Positions 1-9,459 of a DNA stretch of 64,000 bases are shown here, one piece after another. This DNA is from an uncultured delta proteobacterium (GTDB lineage: Bacteria; Desulfobacterota; Binatia; UBA9968), in NCBI GenBank assembly GCA_963727625.1, contig CAVSHR010000004.1, positions 1,536,001 to 1,600,000 of the forward strand. The letters run 5' to 3'. Numbering within the stretch: the stretch's first letter is position 1; the number at the start of each line of letters is the position of its first letter. Under the pieces are notes generated by a model. It worked only from the letters and a program-made list of their open reading frames with translations, had not been told where the DNA came from and did not search any database. The translations under genes and the position numbers were made by a program.

Positions 1-2
1 TT

Positions 3-2756
3 CAGTACGCGGATTACGCAGAATGGCAACGAGAGTTGCTGCAGGGAGAGGTTTTAGAAACTCAGATTTCCTATTGGAAGCAACAGCTCGCCGGCGTTTC
101 GGACTTGCAACTGCCGACCGATCGGCCGCGGCCGGCGGTGCAGAGTTATCGTGGCGCGCGGCAGTCAATTTCGTTTTCCAGAGAACTAACGGACACTCTC
201 ATCAGCTTGAGCCGGAAGGAAAACGCCACGCTTTACATGGTTTTACTGGCAGCGTTTCAGACTTTGCTTTCTCGATATTCAGGACAGATGACTATTGCAG
301 TCGGTTCTCCGATTGCGAACCGCACGCGCCCCGAAATAGAAACCTTGATAGGATTTTTTGCCAATACACTGGTCCTTCGCGGTGACCTATCAGACAATCC
401 GACCTTTAAAGAATTCTTGGTTCGCATGAAGAACGTTGCTTTGGACGCCTATGCGCACCAGGATCTGCCGTTTGAAAAACTAGTGGCAGAGTTACGGCCG
501 GAAAGAAATTTGAGCAACTCTCCGCTATTCCAGGTCATGTTCGTATTCCAAAACGCCCCAAGGGAGGCTCTAACGTTGCCGGGGCTTACTATGTCTAATG
601 TCGAACCGGGGAAGACGACGGCCAAATTCGATCTCCTCTTATCGCTCCGCGAAGACACAGCGGGTTTGAGAGGATCCTTGGAATATAGCACCGATTTATT
701 TGACGAGTCGACGATTATTCGGATGCTTAGGCATTTTCGAACCCTGCTCGAAGGCATCGTGGCCGACCCGAACCGGCGGACCGGCGAATTGCCACTGCTG
801 GCCGAAGCCGATCGGCATCAATTGCTGTTAGAGTGGAACGACACTCGACGGAATTTTTTGCAAAGCAAAAGTATCGTCGCGATGTTCGAGAAACAGGTCG
901 AGCGAGAACCCGACGCGCTCGCTGTAATATTTGAAAATAGCACTCTGACCTACCGAGAACTCAATCAGCGGGCCAACCAGCTGGCGCATTACCTGATCAG
1001 GCGGGGAGTTCAGGCAGAGACCCCCGTGGCCATTTGTCTCGAACGGTCCGTAGAACTTGTCGTAGGCTTATTGGCCATTCTCAAGGCCGGAGGAGTTTAT
1101 CTACCTCTGGAACCGAGCTATCCGCAAGAGCGGCTTACATTCACGCTACAAGATTCGCAGGCGCCATTGGTGATAAGTACTCAGTCCATGTCGTCACGGT
1201 TCTCGTGCGATGGGGTAGAGTCGATCTTTTTGGATATAGCGCAGGGGGACATCGCGCGGGAAGGTCGATCCAATCCAGGACTTTCTATTGCACCGGACAG
1301 CCCGGCTTATGTGCTTTATACCTCGGGTTCCACCGGTCGGCCTAAGGGCGTCGTGATGGGACACGGGGCGCTTAGGAATTTGATCTCCTGGCAGTTGGAG
1401 AATTTCAGCGCGCCCGCGGCGGCCCGTACCCTGCAGTTTGCATCTCCAGGTTTCGACGTCTCGATCCAGGAGATGTTCTCCACGTGGTGCGGAGGCGGAT
1501 CGCTGGTTTTGATCGATGATGAGCTTAGAAAAGACGCGCTAGGATTGCTGCAATACCTGGACGAACAATCCGTTGAGCGATTATTTTTGCCTTTTGTCGC
1601 CCTCCAGCAGTTGGCGGATGCCGGAGCGCAAATGCTACGTGCCCCCAAGAGTTTACGCGAAATCATCACGGCCGGTGAACAACTGCGGCTCAGCGAAGAG
1701 TTAAGAGCGTTTTTGAACAGACTTGGCGATTGCTGCTTACGCAACCAGTATGGCCCGACTGAAAGTCACGTAGTGACTGAATTTACACTTAAATCGCCAT
1801 TTGATCATTTTTCTGAACTTCCGCCCATCGGACGGCCGATAGCGAACACGCAAGTTTACATCGTCGATTCACATTTAAACCCTGTTCCTGTCGGAGTGAC
1901 GGGAGAACTCCATATTTGCGGAGAGGGGTTAGCGCGAGGTTATTTAAACCGCCCTGAGCTAACCGCAGAGAAATTCATTCCGAATCCGTTCAGCACCGAG
2001 CCGGGAGCCCGTCTGTATAAGACCGGGGACCTCGCTCGCTACCTGCCCGACGGTAACATCGAGTTTCTCAGCCGAATCGATCAACAGGTCAAGATACGAG
2101 GTTATCGGATTGAGCTAGGCGAGATCGAGGCGGTGCTCGGACAGCATCCCTCGGTCCGAGAGGTTGCTGTGCTGGCCAGAGAAGATAGCCCGGGTGACAA
2201 GCGTTTGGTGGCATATGTGGTCAGCGCGTCAAGCTCAAGCTCTTTGGCAAGCGAACTGCGCACATTTCTACAACAGAAGTTCCCCGAGTACATGGTGCCG
2301 TCCGCGTTCATGTTCCTGGAATCGCTGCCGCTCACACCCAACGGTAAAGTGGACCGAAAGGCCCTGCCCGCCCCTGATCAAAGCAGACCGGAGCTGGAGC
2401 ACAGCTACACCGCCCCGCGCACGCCGGTAGAGGCGTTGCTGGCAAACATCTGGGCCGAAGTCCTCAAGCTCGACAAAATAGGCATCCACGACAACTTCTT
2501 TCAACTGGGAGGGCATTCTCTCATGGCCACCCAGGTGGTCTCCCGCGTGCGTCAAGCGTTCCAGGTCGAGCTGCCGGTGCGTGCTCTGTTCGAGGCGCCG
2601 ACGGTAGCGGAGTTGGCTTTGAGGATCGAGCCGAGTGCACTCCGGGGCGGCGATCTTGAGGAGCTTGCCCGCAATCTGGCGGAGGTGGAATCCCTGTCGG
2701 AAGAAGAAATAGGCCGCATGCTGCCCGAAGAACTGAATGGCGAGAAAAGCAAATAG
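3..2756 (+). CDS. NRPS module C-A-PCP, 5'-truncated by the window edge; proline/cyclic imino acid-like A domain
   Basis: Frame is open from nt 3 (QYADYAEWQRE). C-domain motifs IGFFANTL and HQDLPFE; A3 YTSGSTGRPKG; A4 FDVSIQE; NQYGPTESHVV; PCP LGGHSL; acidic C-terminal docking helix LAEVESLSEEEI. Confidence 0.95.
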   Translation, partial: QYADYAEWQRELLQGEVLETQISYWKQQLAGVSDLQLPTDRPRPAVQSYRGARQSISFSRELTDTLISLSRKENATLYMVLLAAFQTLLSRYSGQMTIAVGSPIANRTRPEIETLIGFFANTLVLRGDLSDNPTFKEFLVRMKNVALDAYAHQDLPFEKLVAELRPERNLSNSPLFQVMFVFQNAPREALTLPGLTMSNVEPGKTTAKFDLLLSLREDTAGLRGSLEYSTDLFDESTIIRMLRHFRTLLEGIVADPNRRTGELPLLAEADRHQLLLEWNDTRRNFLQSKSIVAMFEKQVEREPDALAVIFENSTLTYRELNQRANQLAHYLIRRGVQAETPVAICLERSVELVVGLLAILKAGGVYLPLEPSYPQERLTFTLQDSQAPLVISTQSMSSRFSCDGVESIFLDIAQGDIAREGRSNPGLSIAPDSPAYVLYTSGSTGRPKGVVMGHGALRNLISWQLENFSAPAAARTLQFASPGFDVSIQEMFSTWCGGGSLVLIDDELRKDALGLLQYLDEQSVERLFLPFVALQQLADAGAQMLRAPKSLREIITAGEQLRLSEELRAFLNRLGDCCLRNQYGPTESHVVTEFTLKSPFDHFSELPPIGRPIANTQVYIVDSHLNPVPVGVTGELHICGEGLARGYLNRPELTAEKFIPNPFSTEPGARLYKTGDLARYLPDGNIEFLSRIDQQVKIRGYRIELGEIEAVLGQHPSVREVAVLAREDSPGDKRLVAYVVSASSSSSLASELRTFLQQKFPEYMVPSAFMFLESLPLTPNGKVDRKALPAPDQSRPELEHSYTAPRTPVEALLANIWAEVLKLDKIGIHDNFFQLGGHSLMATQVVSRVRQAFQVELPVRALFEAPTVAELALRIEPSALRGGDLEELARNLAEVESLSEEEIGRMLPEELNGEKSK

Positions 2757-2772
2757 ATAGAAGGAGAAGCGT

Positions 2773-2991
2773 ATGGACGAGAAGGAAGACAATACTATTT
2801 ACAGAGTCGTTGTGAATCACGAAGAGCAGTACTCGATCTGGCCGGCAGAGCGGGAAAATCCGCTGGGATGGAAGGATGCCGGCAAGAGCGGTCCGAAACA
2901 GGAGTGCCTGGCCTATATCAAGGAAGTCTGGACGGATATGAGACCGCTGAGTTTGAGAAAGAAGATGGAGGCGCAAGGACGGAAAGCTTAG
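2773..2991 (+). CDS. mbtH: MbtH-like protein
   Basis: Signature [12 protein letters not shown]...GW...[17 protein letters not shown]; RBS AAGGAG upstream. Confidence 0.97.
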   Translation: MDEKEDNTIYRVVVNHEEQYSIWPAERENPLGWKDAGKSGPKQECLAYIKEVWTDMRPLSLRKKMEAQGRKA

Positions 2992-3052
2992 CCAATGCAG
3001 CGCGGCTGTCTTTCACCATTGACTACAGGAGAGGTCGGAATCGGACCCGGAC

Positions 3053-6000
3053 ATGAGACATAACGCGACACTAAGCACCAATCTTCCGCCCGAGCAGCAG
3101 GCGATCCGGGACAAGTGTTTTCATCCGTCGGGAACCTTCGTCGAGTTTCCGATGGAGGATGTCGAGACTTCGATCCCTGCCCGGTTCGAAAAAATCGTGC
3201 GGTTATACCCTCAGCGAGTCGCAATCAAAGATAATAAGTCGGTAATCACGTACGCTCAGTTGAACCGGATGGCAAACCAAGTGGCGCACGGATTGCTCGG
3301 TGTGCGCGGCAGCAACATGGAGCCAGTGGGCTTGCTCCTTGGGAACGCAGTTGCATTCATCGCATCGATCCTCGGAGTTCTCAAGGCGGGCAAATTCTTT
3401 ATACCGCTGGATCCTTTGGTTTCGTTGGCACGAAATGGTGCGTGCTTGGAAGATGCCCACGCGCGGTTGTTACTGGCTGACAAAGAAAATATCGGCGCAG
3501 CAAAGCAGCTTGCACTGAATGGTCCTCGGTTGGTTGAATTCGAGACTTTTGAAAAAGAGGCTTCAACGCAGCCGGTTCTGAAATCACCGTCGCCGCTGAT
3601 GCTGGCTTATATCGCATACACCTCAGGTTCGACCGGTGAACCCAAGGGCGTGATGGTCGATCATCGTTACTTACTCCACGATGTGAGGCTGCGAACAAAT
3701 GCTTATCACATATCGCATCATGACCGATTGAGCCTCATAGCGGCAGGCAGCGTTCATGCCCTGAATAATATTTTCTTTGCATTGCTCAATGGTGCAAATC
3801 TGCTTCCTTTCAATGTTCGCCGGGAAGGCGTGCTGCGGTTTGCAGGATGGTTGTTACGAGAACAAATTACGATTTGCCGAATTACCATACAGCTATTCCG
3901 GGAGTTGTGCAGCGCGCTCATCGGTAGAGAAAAGTTTCAAGACCTCCGTCTAATACAATTCGCGGGTGACAGCCGATTTCCCTCTGATGTGGAAAAATGG
4001 GGGAAATGTTTTCCATCTAGTTGCCTGCTCGCAAACGGTATCTCGTCGAGTGAAACGGGGTACCTGACGGATTTTCTAGTCGACCATGCGACGAAACTTG
4101 AGTCAGAAATGATGCCAGCAGGATACACGGTAGAAAACAAAGAACTTTTGTTGCTGGACGATAATGGTGAGCCAGTGGGTTTCAACCAAGTAGGTGAAAT
4201 CGTTGTGAAAAGTGCCTTTATTTCACCTGGCTATTGGCGAAGGCCGGAGCTTAACCGGACAAATTTCAGGCCAAGTTCAAGCGACGACGATAGCCGAATG
4301 TTTTTTACGGGTGACCTCGCGCTTCGGATGCCTGATGGTTGTATCGTTTATAAAGGGCGGAAAGATTTTCGAGTAAAAATTCGGGGTTATAACATCGAAC
4401 CTACACATATTGAAAACGCATTGCGTCAGCACCAATGCATTAAGCACGCCGGGGTGCTTGCCTGTGGGGGCAACGAGCATGATCCCTATTTGGCCGCGTA
4501 CGTTGTGCCTAAGGGAGAAGCACCCAGCGCAGATGAATTGCGTATCTTCCTGAATGAGCTACTGCCCCATTACATGATACCATCGGCGTTTGTGTTTTTG
4601 GAGTCGCTGCCGCTCACTAACGGAAAAATCGATCGCAATGCTTTGCCTGAACCGGACGATAAACGCCCAAAACTACGCATACCATACGCTGAGGCGACAA
4701 ATGAAACTGAAAAGACTCTAGTGGGACTTTGGGAAGATGCGATGGAGGTTCGTCCCATAGGGATCTACGACGATTTTTTCGATTTGGGGGGGCATTCACT
4801 GACCGCTTCACGGGTGATTTCGGCAGTACAGGCGGCCTTTGGGGTCGAGCTATCGATGAAGGATTTGCTTGGGGCGCCGACGGTGGCGGGATTAGCCGAG
4901 CTAATCAGACTGATTCAATCAAGTGTGACTAAAGAACCTGAGTTGGAGAACTATTTGCGGCCGCTAATTAAAGCGGCAAATCGAGATGCGGAAATTCCGC
5001 TTTCATACGCCGAAGAGGGCTTATGGTTGATCGAGCAAATCAGCCCGGGACAAAGCGGTTGGAATATGCAATCGCAACTGCGCTTGCGCGGAGCGCTTAA
5101 CGTCGAGGCCCTTGAGCGCAGTTTTAACGCACTGATCGAGCGCCACGAGACACTGCGAACGGCCTATCGCTTGGTCGACGGGGAACCGCGGCGAGCGATC
5201 TTGCCCACCTTAGCGGTGGAGGTTCCCATCGTTCGACTAGACTCATCGGTGGATGCAAAAACCGAAATTGATCGCCTTAGCGTGGCAGAGAGAACTCAGC
5301 TTTTCGATTTAACCGAGGCGCCGTTGTTCCGTGCGCGACTCCTGCGCGTCGGTGAACAAGATCATGTACTGATTGTTACGGCGCACCACATCATTACGGA
5401 TGCCTGGTCCAACAATGTGTTCAGCCGGGAGCTTTTTGCCCTCTACGAGGCTTATTCGAATGGGGAGCCTTCTCCGTTGGCGGTCTTGCCGGTGCAGTAT
5501 TCGGACTATGCGGTCTGGGTGCGTCAGGCCAAGCAAGACGCTGACGCCAAGAACCTCGCCTATTGGCGAGAGCGATTGAATGGCTACGTGGTCACAGAAC
5601 TTCCCTCGGACAAGCTCCGCCAACTAAAGCGGAGCTATGATGGCGGACACGCCCGCATTCAACTCTCCCAAGATTGCTCGCGGGCTCTGCGAGAATTGTG
5701 CAAAACGGAGCATGCGACAATTTTCATGCTGTTGGTGGCGGCATTCAAAATATTGCTCAGCCGTCATAGCGGAAGCATGGATGTCATTGTCGGTTCGACC
5801 CTGGCGGGTCGCAGGCGCGCTGAATTGGATAATTTGATCGGGGTTTTTATCAACATCCTGACGCTACGTACGGATTTATCGGGCCGGCCCACGTTCCGTG
5901 AGGTTTTACGCCGGGTCCGAAATACGTGCCTGGAAGCGTACGAGCATCAGGATATGCCGTTCGAAAAGCTGGTCGAGGAGCTCAATCCGGGTCGAGGCCT

Positions 6001-8545
6001 GAGCCGCAATCCTTTCTTTCAGGTCTTGTTCAATGTGGCTAACTTGCCACCGATTCCAGTAGAAGCAGCGGGTTTATCGATCGAGCGGCTGTCGCGGCCG
6101 GAAGACGCCGCAAGATTTGATCTAACCCTCTATGCTCCACAAACGCGCGATAACTTAGAAATCCGCGTGGCGTACAATCACAATCTCTTCTCGCAGGACT
6201 ACATCACCGAGGTTCTAGAGCAGTACAAACACCTCTTGGAACAGATTGTAGAGAACCCCGATCAGCCTATTGATCAATACTCCTTGATCACTCCGATGGC
6301 CAAAGGGCTGTTGCCCGATCCAACGGCAAAATTAGATGACACTTGGTACGGCTCTGTCCACGAGCTTTTTACACGCAATGCTCGCGAAAGACCTGAAAAA
6401 ATCGCGGTCGCCGATTCGCTCGGGAGCTGGAGTTTTACCGAGCTGCACGACCGTAGCAACCAGCTGGCCAACTGCCTGTTGGCGAACAACGTGCACCGAG
6501 AGGACATTGTCGCTGTGTACGGGCAGCGCAGCGCAACCTTGGTTTGCGCCTTGTTGGGCGTTCTCAAAGCGGGCGCCGCGTTCTGTGTCATCGATCCTAG
6601 CCATCCTCCGCTTAGAGTCAAGGAATATTTGAGCGCCATCAAGCCCAGAGCATCGATTGAAATAGTGACGACGCCTACGGCGAATCCGGAGACGGATCAA
6701 GTATTAAACGATGCCGGGTTGGATTGTCGGGTCAGGCTACAAGCCACGGCGGGCAATGAACCTTGGCCTTTCCTAACTTCGCATCCAACAGACGACCCCC
6801 CTGTTGGCGTTTCCGCCGATGATCTTGCCTATGTCATTTTCACATCGGGCTCGACTGGCAAACCAAAAGGAGTCATGGGAAGGCACGGGCCGCTGACGCA
6901 TTTTCTCCCCTGGCTGACGGAGAGCTTCGGCATTTCGGAGAACGACCGGTTTAGTTTTCTGTCATCGGTATCAACCAACAAATTGCAGCGGGAGATCTTC
7001 ACCGCTCTCTCTGTGGGAGGAAGCCTCTATATCCCCAGCGATGACGACATCGGCAGCTTTGGAAAGCTGGATCAATGGCTGAGAGTCAACGAAATCAGCG
7101 TCGTTCACCTGACGCCGGCGATGATGCAGTTACTCGATGAGACGGCGCGCGAGCCGATCCCTTCGGTCCAGAGCGTCTTTTTCGGCGGGGATCTGCTGAG
7201 AATGCGCGATGTCAACCGGGCTAGAAAACTGATGCCCGAGGCAAAGATCGTCAATTTTTATAACTCATCGGAGACTCAACGGGGCGGCGGGCACTTTGTT
7301 TTTTCCGAACACGGCCTCAACGGCGAAAAGGACACTCCCCCGCTCGGCAAAGGAGTAAAGGATGTCCAACTTCTAATATTGAATTCGATCGGCAAACTTG
7401 CCGGCGTCGGCGAGCTTGGCGAGATTTGCGTTCGGAGCCCTCATTTAGCGCGCGGCTATCTAGACGATGACCAGCTCACAAAAGAGCGATTCATAACGAA
7501 TCCGTTCACGGGCATCGCCGAGGATCGGATTTACCGCACCGGGGAACAAGGTCGGTACTTGGCGACCGGCGATGTGGAGTTTGTTGCCCGCAGACAAAAT
7601 CAATTCAGCATTAGAGGTTTCCGCGTCGAGCTTAGCGAAATCGAGTCAGCGCTGAGCGATCATCCGGGAATCGACCAAGCCGTTGTCGAGGGACGCGAGA
7701 GTCCTACGGAAACGCTGGTGGCATATTTCAGCGTAAAGAAGGAACAGGCGGTCACTGCGCCCGAGCTTCGGAACTTTCTCAGAGCAAAGCTTCCACGCCA
7801 CATGATCCCTGCGCATTTTGCTCCGGTGGAGTCACTTCCATTGACAGCCACCGGAAAAGTCGACCGCGTCGCTTTGGCCACTAAAATAGATTTCCATCCG
7901 GAATCAAATAACGAATACGTCGCTCCCCGCAACGATCTGGAGCGCTCTCTGTGCAGCTTATGGTCCGAGGTGCTCGGCGTCGAGCGTGTTGGCATCGACG
8001 ATGATTTCTTCGACTTGGGGGGGCATTCCCTTTTGGCGGCCAAATTATTTCGACGGCTCGACGAAGAATTGGGTTGGCATCTGCCCCTCAGCTCGCTCTT
8101 TGCTGCCCCGACGGTGCGCTTGCTCACCGAGCGCTACGAGAGTCTGAAGAGAAAGCACGATCACAGGGCGCTTGTCGCGCTTCGTCCGAGCGGCTCACTG
8201 CCGCCGGTGTTTGCCGTGCCTGGGGTTTTCGGGAATGTGGTGGGCTACGCCGAGCTATCGCGCGCGCTTGGACCGGATCAACCGTTTTACGGACTTCAAT
8301 CAGTAGGCCTTGACGGAAGAGATGCGCCCCTCGATACGATTGAGGCTATGGCCGGGCTCTACGTCGAGGAAATTCGCTTGGTAAGGCCCCATGGGCCCTA
8401 CGCCATTCTGGGTGCTTGTTTCGGCGCTACCGTAGCTTACGAGATTGCGAGGCAATTGCTCGATCAGGGCGAAGACGATAGCTTTTCTGGGGTTATTGGA
8501 TCCGATGCGGCGCGAGCGCTATGGGAGTCGAAAACGAAGCTTTGA
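3053..8545 (+). CDS. NRPS A-PCP-C-A-PCP-TE; the TE continues out of frame to about 9055
   Basis: Two A3 loops (YTSGSTGEPKG, FTSGSTGKPKG), two PCPs (GGHSL), C domain HHIITDAWS, TE motif GACFG. A frameshift near 8475 (GE/TIAFLGLLD) ends the ORF early. Confidence 0.92.
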   Translation: MRHNATLSTNLPPEQQAIRDKCFHPSGTFVEFPMEDVETSIPARFEKIVRLYPQRVAIKDNKSVITYAQLNRMANQVAHGLLGVRGSNMEPVGLLLGNAVAFIASILGVLKAGKFFIPLDPLVSLARNGACLEDAHARLLLADKENIGAAKQLALNGPRLVEFETFEKEASTQPVLKSPSPLMLAYIAYTSGSTGEPKGVMVDHRYLLHDVRLRTNAYHISHHDRLSLIAAGSVHALNNIFFALLNGANLLPFNVRREGVLRFAGWLLREQITICRITIQLFRELCSALIGREKFQDLRLIQFAGDSRFPSDVEKWGKCFPSSCLLANGISSSETGYLTDFLVDHATKLESEMMPAGYTVENKELLLLDDNGEPVGFNQVGEIVVKSAFISPGYWRRPELNRTNFRPSSSDDDSRMFFTGDLALRMPDGCIVYKGRKDFRVKIRGYNIEPTHIENALRQHQCIKHAGVLACGGNEHDPYLAAYVVPKGEAPSADELRIFLNELLPHYMIPSAFVFLESLPLTNGKIDRNALPEPDDKRPKLRIPYAEATNETEKTLVGLWEDAMEVRPIGIYDDFFDLGGHSLTASRVISAVQAAFGVELSMKDLLGAPTVAGLAELIRLIQSSVTKEPELENYLRPLIKAANRDAEIPLSYAEEGLWLIEQISPGQSGWNMQSQLRLRGALNVEALERSFNALIERHETLRTAYRLVDGEPRRAILPTLAVEVPIVRLDSSVDAKTEIDRLSVAERTQLFDLTEAPLFRARLLRVGEQDHVLIVTAHHIITDAWSNNVFSRELFALYEAYSNGEPSPLAVLPVQYSDYAVWVRQAKQDADAKNLAYWRERLNGYVVTELPSDKLRQLKRSYDGGHARIQLSQDCSRALRELCKTEHATIFMLLVAAFKILLSRHSGSMDVIVGSTLAGRRRAELDNLIGVFINILTLRTDLSGRPTFREVLRRVRNTCLEAYEHQDMPFEKLVEELNPGRGLSRNPFFQVLFNVANLPPIPVEAAGLSIERLSRPEDAARFDLTLYAPQTRDNLEIRVAYNHNLFSQDYITEVLEQYKHLLEQIVENPDQPIDQYSLITPMAKGLLPDPTAKLDDTWYGSVHELFTRNARERPEKIAVADSLGSWSFTELHDRSNQLANCLLANNVHREDIVAVYGQRSATLVCALLGVLKAGAAFCVIDPSHPPLRVKEYLSAIKPRASIEIVTTPTANPETDQVLNDAGLDCRVRLQATAGNEPWPFLTSHPTDDPPVGVSADDLAYVIFTSGSTGKPKGVMGRHGPLTHFLPWLTESFGISENDRFSFLSSVSTNKLQREIFTALSVGGSLYIPSDDDIGSFGKLDQWLRVNEISVVHLTPAMMQLLDETAREPIPSVQSVFFGGDLLRMRDVNRARKLMPEAKIVNFYNSSETQRGGGHFVFSEHGLNGEKDTPPLGKGVKDVQLLILNSIGKLAGVGELGEICVRSPHLARGYLDDDQLTKERFITNPFTGIAEDRIYRTGEQGRYLATGDVEFVARRQNQFSIRGFRVELSEIESALSDHPGIDQAVVEGRESPTETLVAYFSVKKEQAVTAPELRNFLRAKLPRHMIPAHFAPVESLPLTATGKVDRVALATKIDFHPESNNEYVAPRNDLERSLCSLWSEVLGVERVGIDDDFFDLGGHSLLAAKLFRRLDEELGWHLPLSSLFAAPTVRLLTERYESLKRKHDHRALVALRPSGSLPPVFAVPGVFGNVVGYAELSRALGPDQPFYGLQSVGLDGRDAPLDTIEAMAGLYVEEIRLVRPHGPYAILGACFGATVAYEIARQLLDQGEDDSFSGVIGSDAARALWESKTKL

Positions 8546-9055
8546 ACCCAGGATGATAAGACGCACAAAAGTGGTCGCGCGGCTTTTGAGCGAACGGCTG
8601 CGGCTCTATGCCGAAAGAAGCGCAGGGCTTCAATAAATGGAGCGAACGGATAAAGTTCGTCTCTGAGAAAATCCGTTCGTTGGTCGCCAAGGCCGGCAGT
8701 GCTAATCAGATCAAAGGTCTGCAGCGCGAGCTCTATCAACTCGAGGTGTATCGGGCCAACGGGCGAGCTTTACGGAGTTATCGGCGCAGACCCTTGCGGG
8801 GAAAATTGCAGGACTTTCGAGATCTTCGAATCAGCGCACCGGCGCAACCGAACAGCAGCAGCTTTCGAAATCGCAACTCTGTGGGACGGCAGCATCGTCC
8901 GACATACCGTCTCGGGCAAAGACTCCGGCGACATGCTGAGCTCCCAAAATGCACAGCCCTTGGCGCGCTTCTCCGGCAGCGACTGCGAAAAGCTTTCGAG
9001 GATTCATCGGACGGGGCCGGCGGTGAGACTCGAAATCCTTCGAAAACGAACATGA
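8475..9055 (+). pseudogene. C-terminal half of the thioesterase, split over several frames
   Basis: TIAFLGLLDP..., ...RALRSYRRRPLRGKL and ...WDGSIVRHTVSGKDSGDML lie in successive frames, separated by single extra bases near 8473, 8615 and 8811. Confidence 0.75.
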
Positions 9056-9193
9056 GTGATTCGCTCCGACCGGCCTCTACGTTGCCGCCCGAACAGCAGG
9101 CGATCCGATCTTGAGGAGTTTGATCGTAGTCTGGCCGAGGTAGAGTTGCTGTCAGAGGAAGATATAAAATACCAACTCAATAAGACGCCTTAA
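9052..9193 (+). pseudogene. NRPS remnant: N-terminus of one NRPS joined out of frame to the C-terminal tail of another
   Basis: MSDSLRPASTLPPEQQAIR matches the start of ORF 3053 (TNLPPEQQAIRD). From 9107, DLEEFDRSLAEVELLSEEDI matches the tail of ORF 3-2756. The junction reads CGATC-CGATC at 9101-9110. Confidence 0.8.
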
Positions 9194-9217
9194 ACGGCAA
9201 GAGAAGAGGAATAGCGT

Positions 9218-9449
9218 ATGGACGAAGAGGAAGACAATACGATTTATAAGGTCGTTGTGAATCACGAGGAGCAGTACTCGATCTGGCCGGCAGAGCGGGA
9301 CAACCCGCTGGGATGGAAGGATGCCGGCAAGAGCGGTCCCAGAAGCGGATTGCCTGGCCTATATCAGGGAAGTCTGGACCGAAATGAGGCCACTATTATC
9401 TTTTCAGCTTAAAGCCAGCACATTGAGAACATTTTGCTCTAAGGGATAA
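9218..9449 (+). pseudogene. mbtH: Second MbtH-like protein with a +1 frameshift near 9343
   Basis: N-half is nearly identical to 2773-2991. After one extra base the sequence continues [17 protein letters not shown] to TAA at 9447-9449. Confidence 0.88.
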
Positions 9450-9459
9450 ACGCGAAGAA

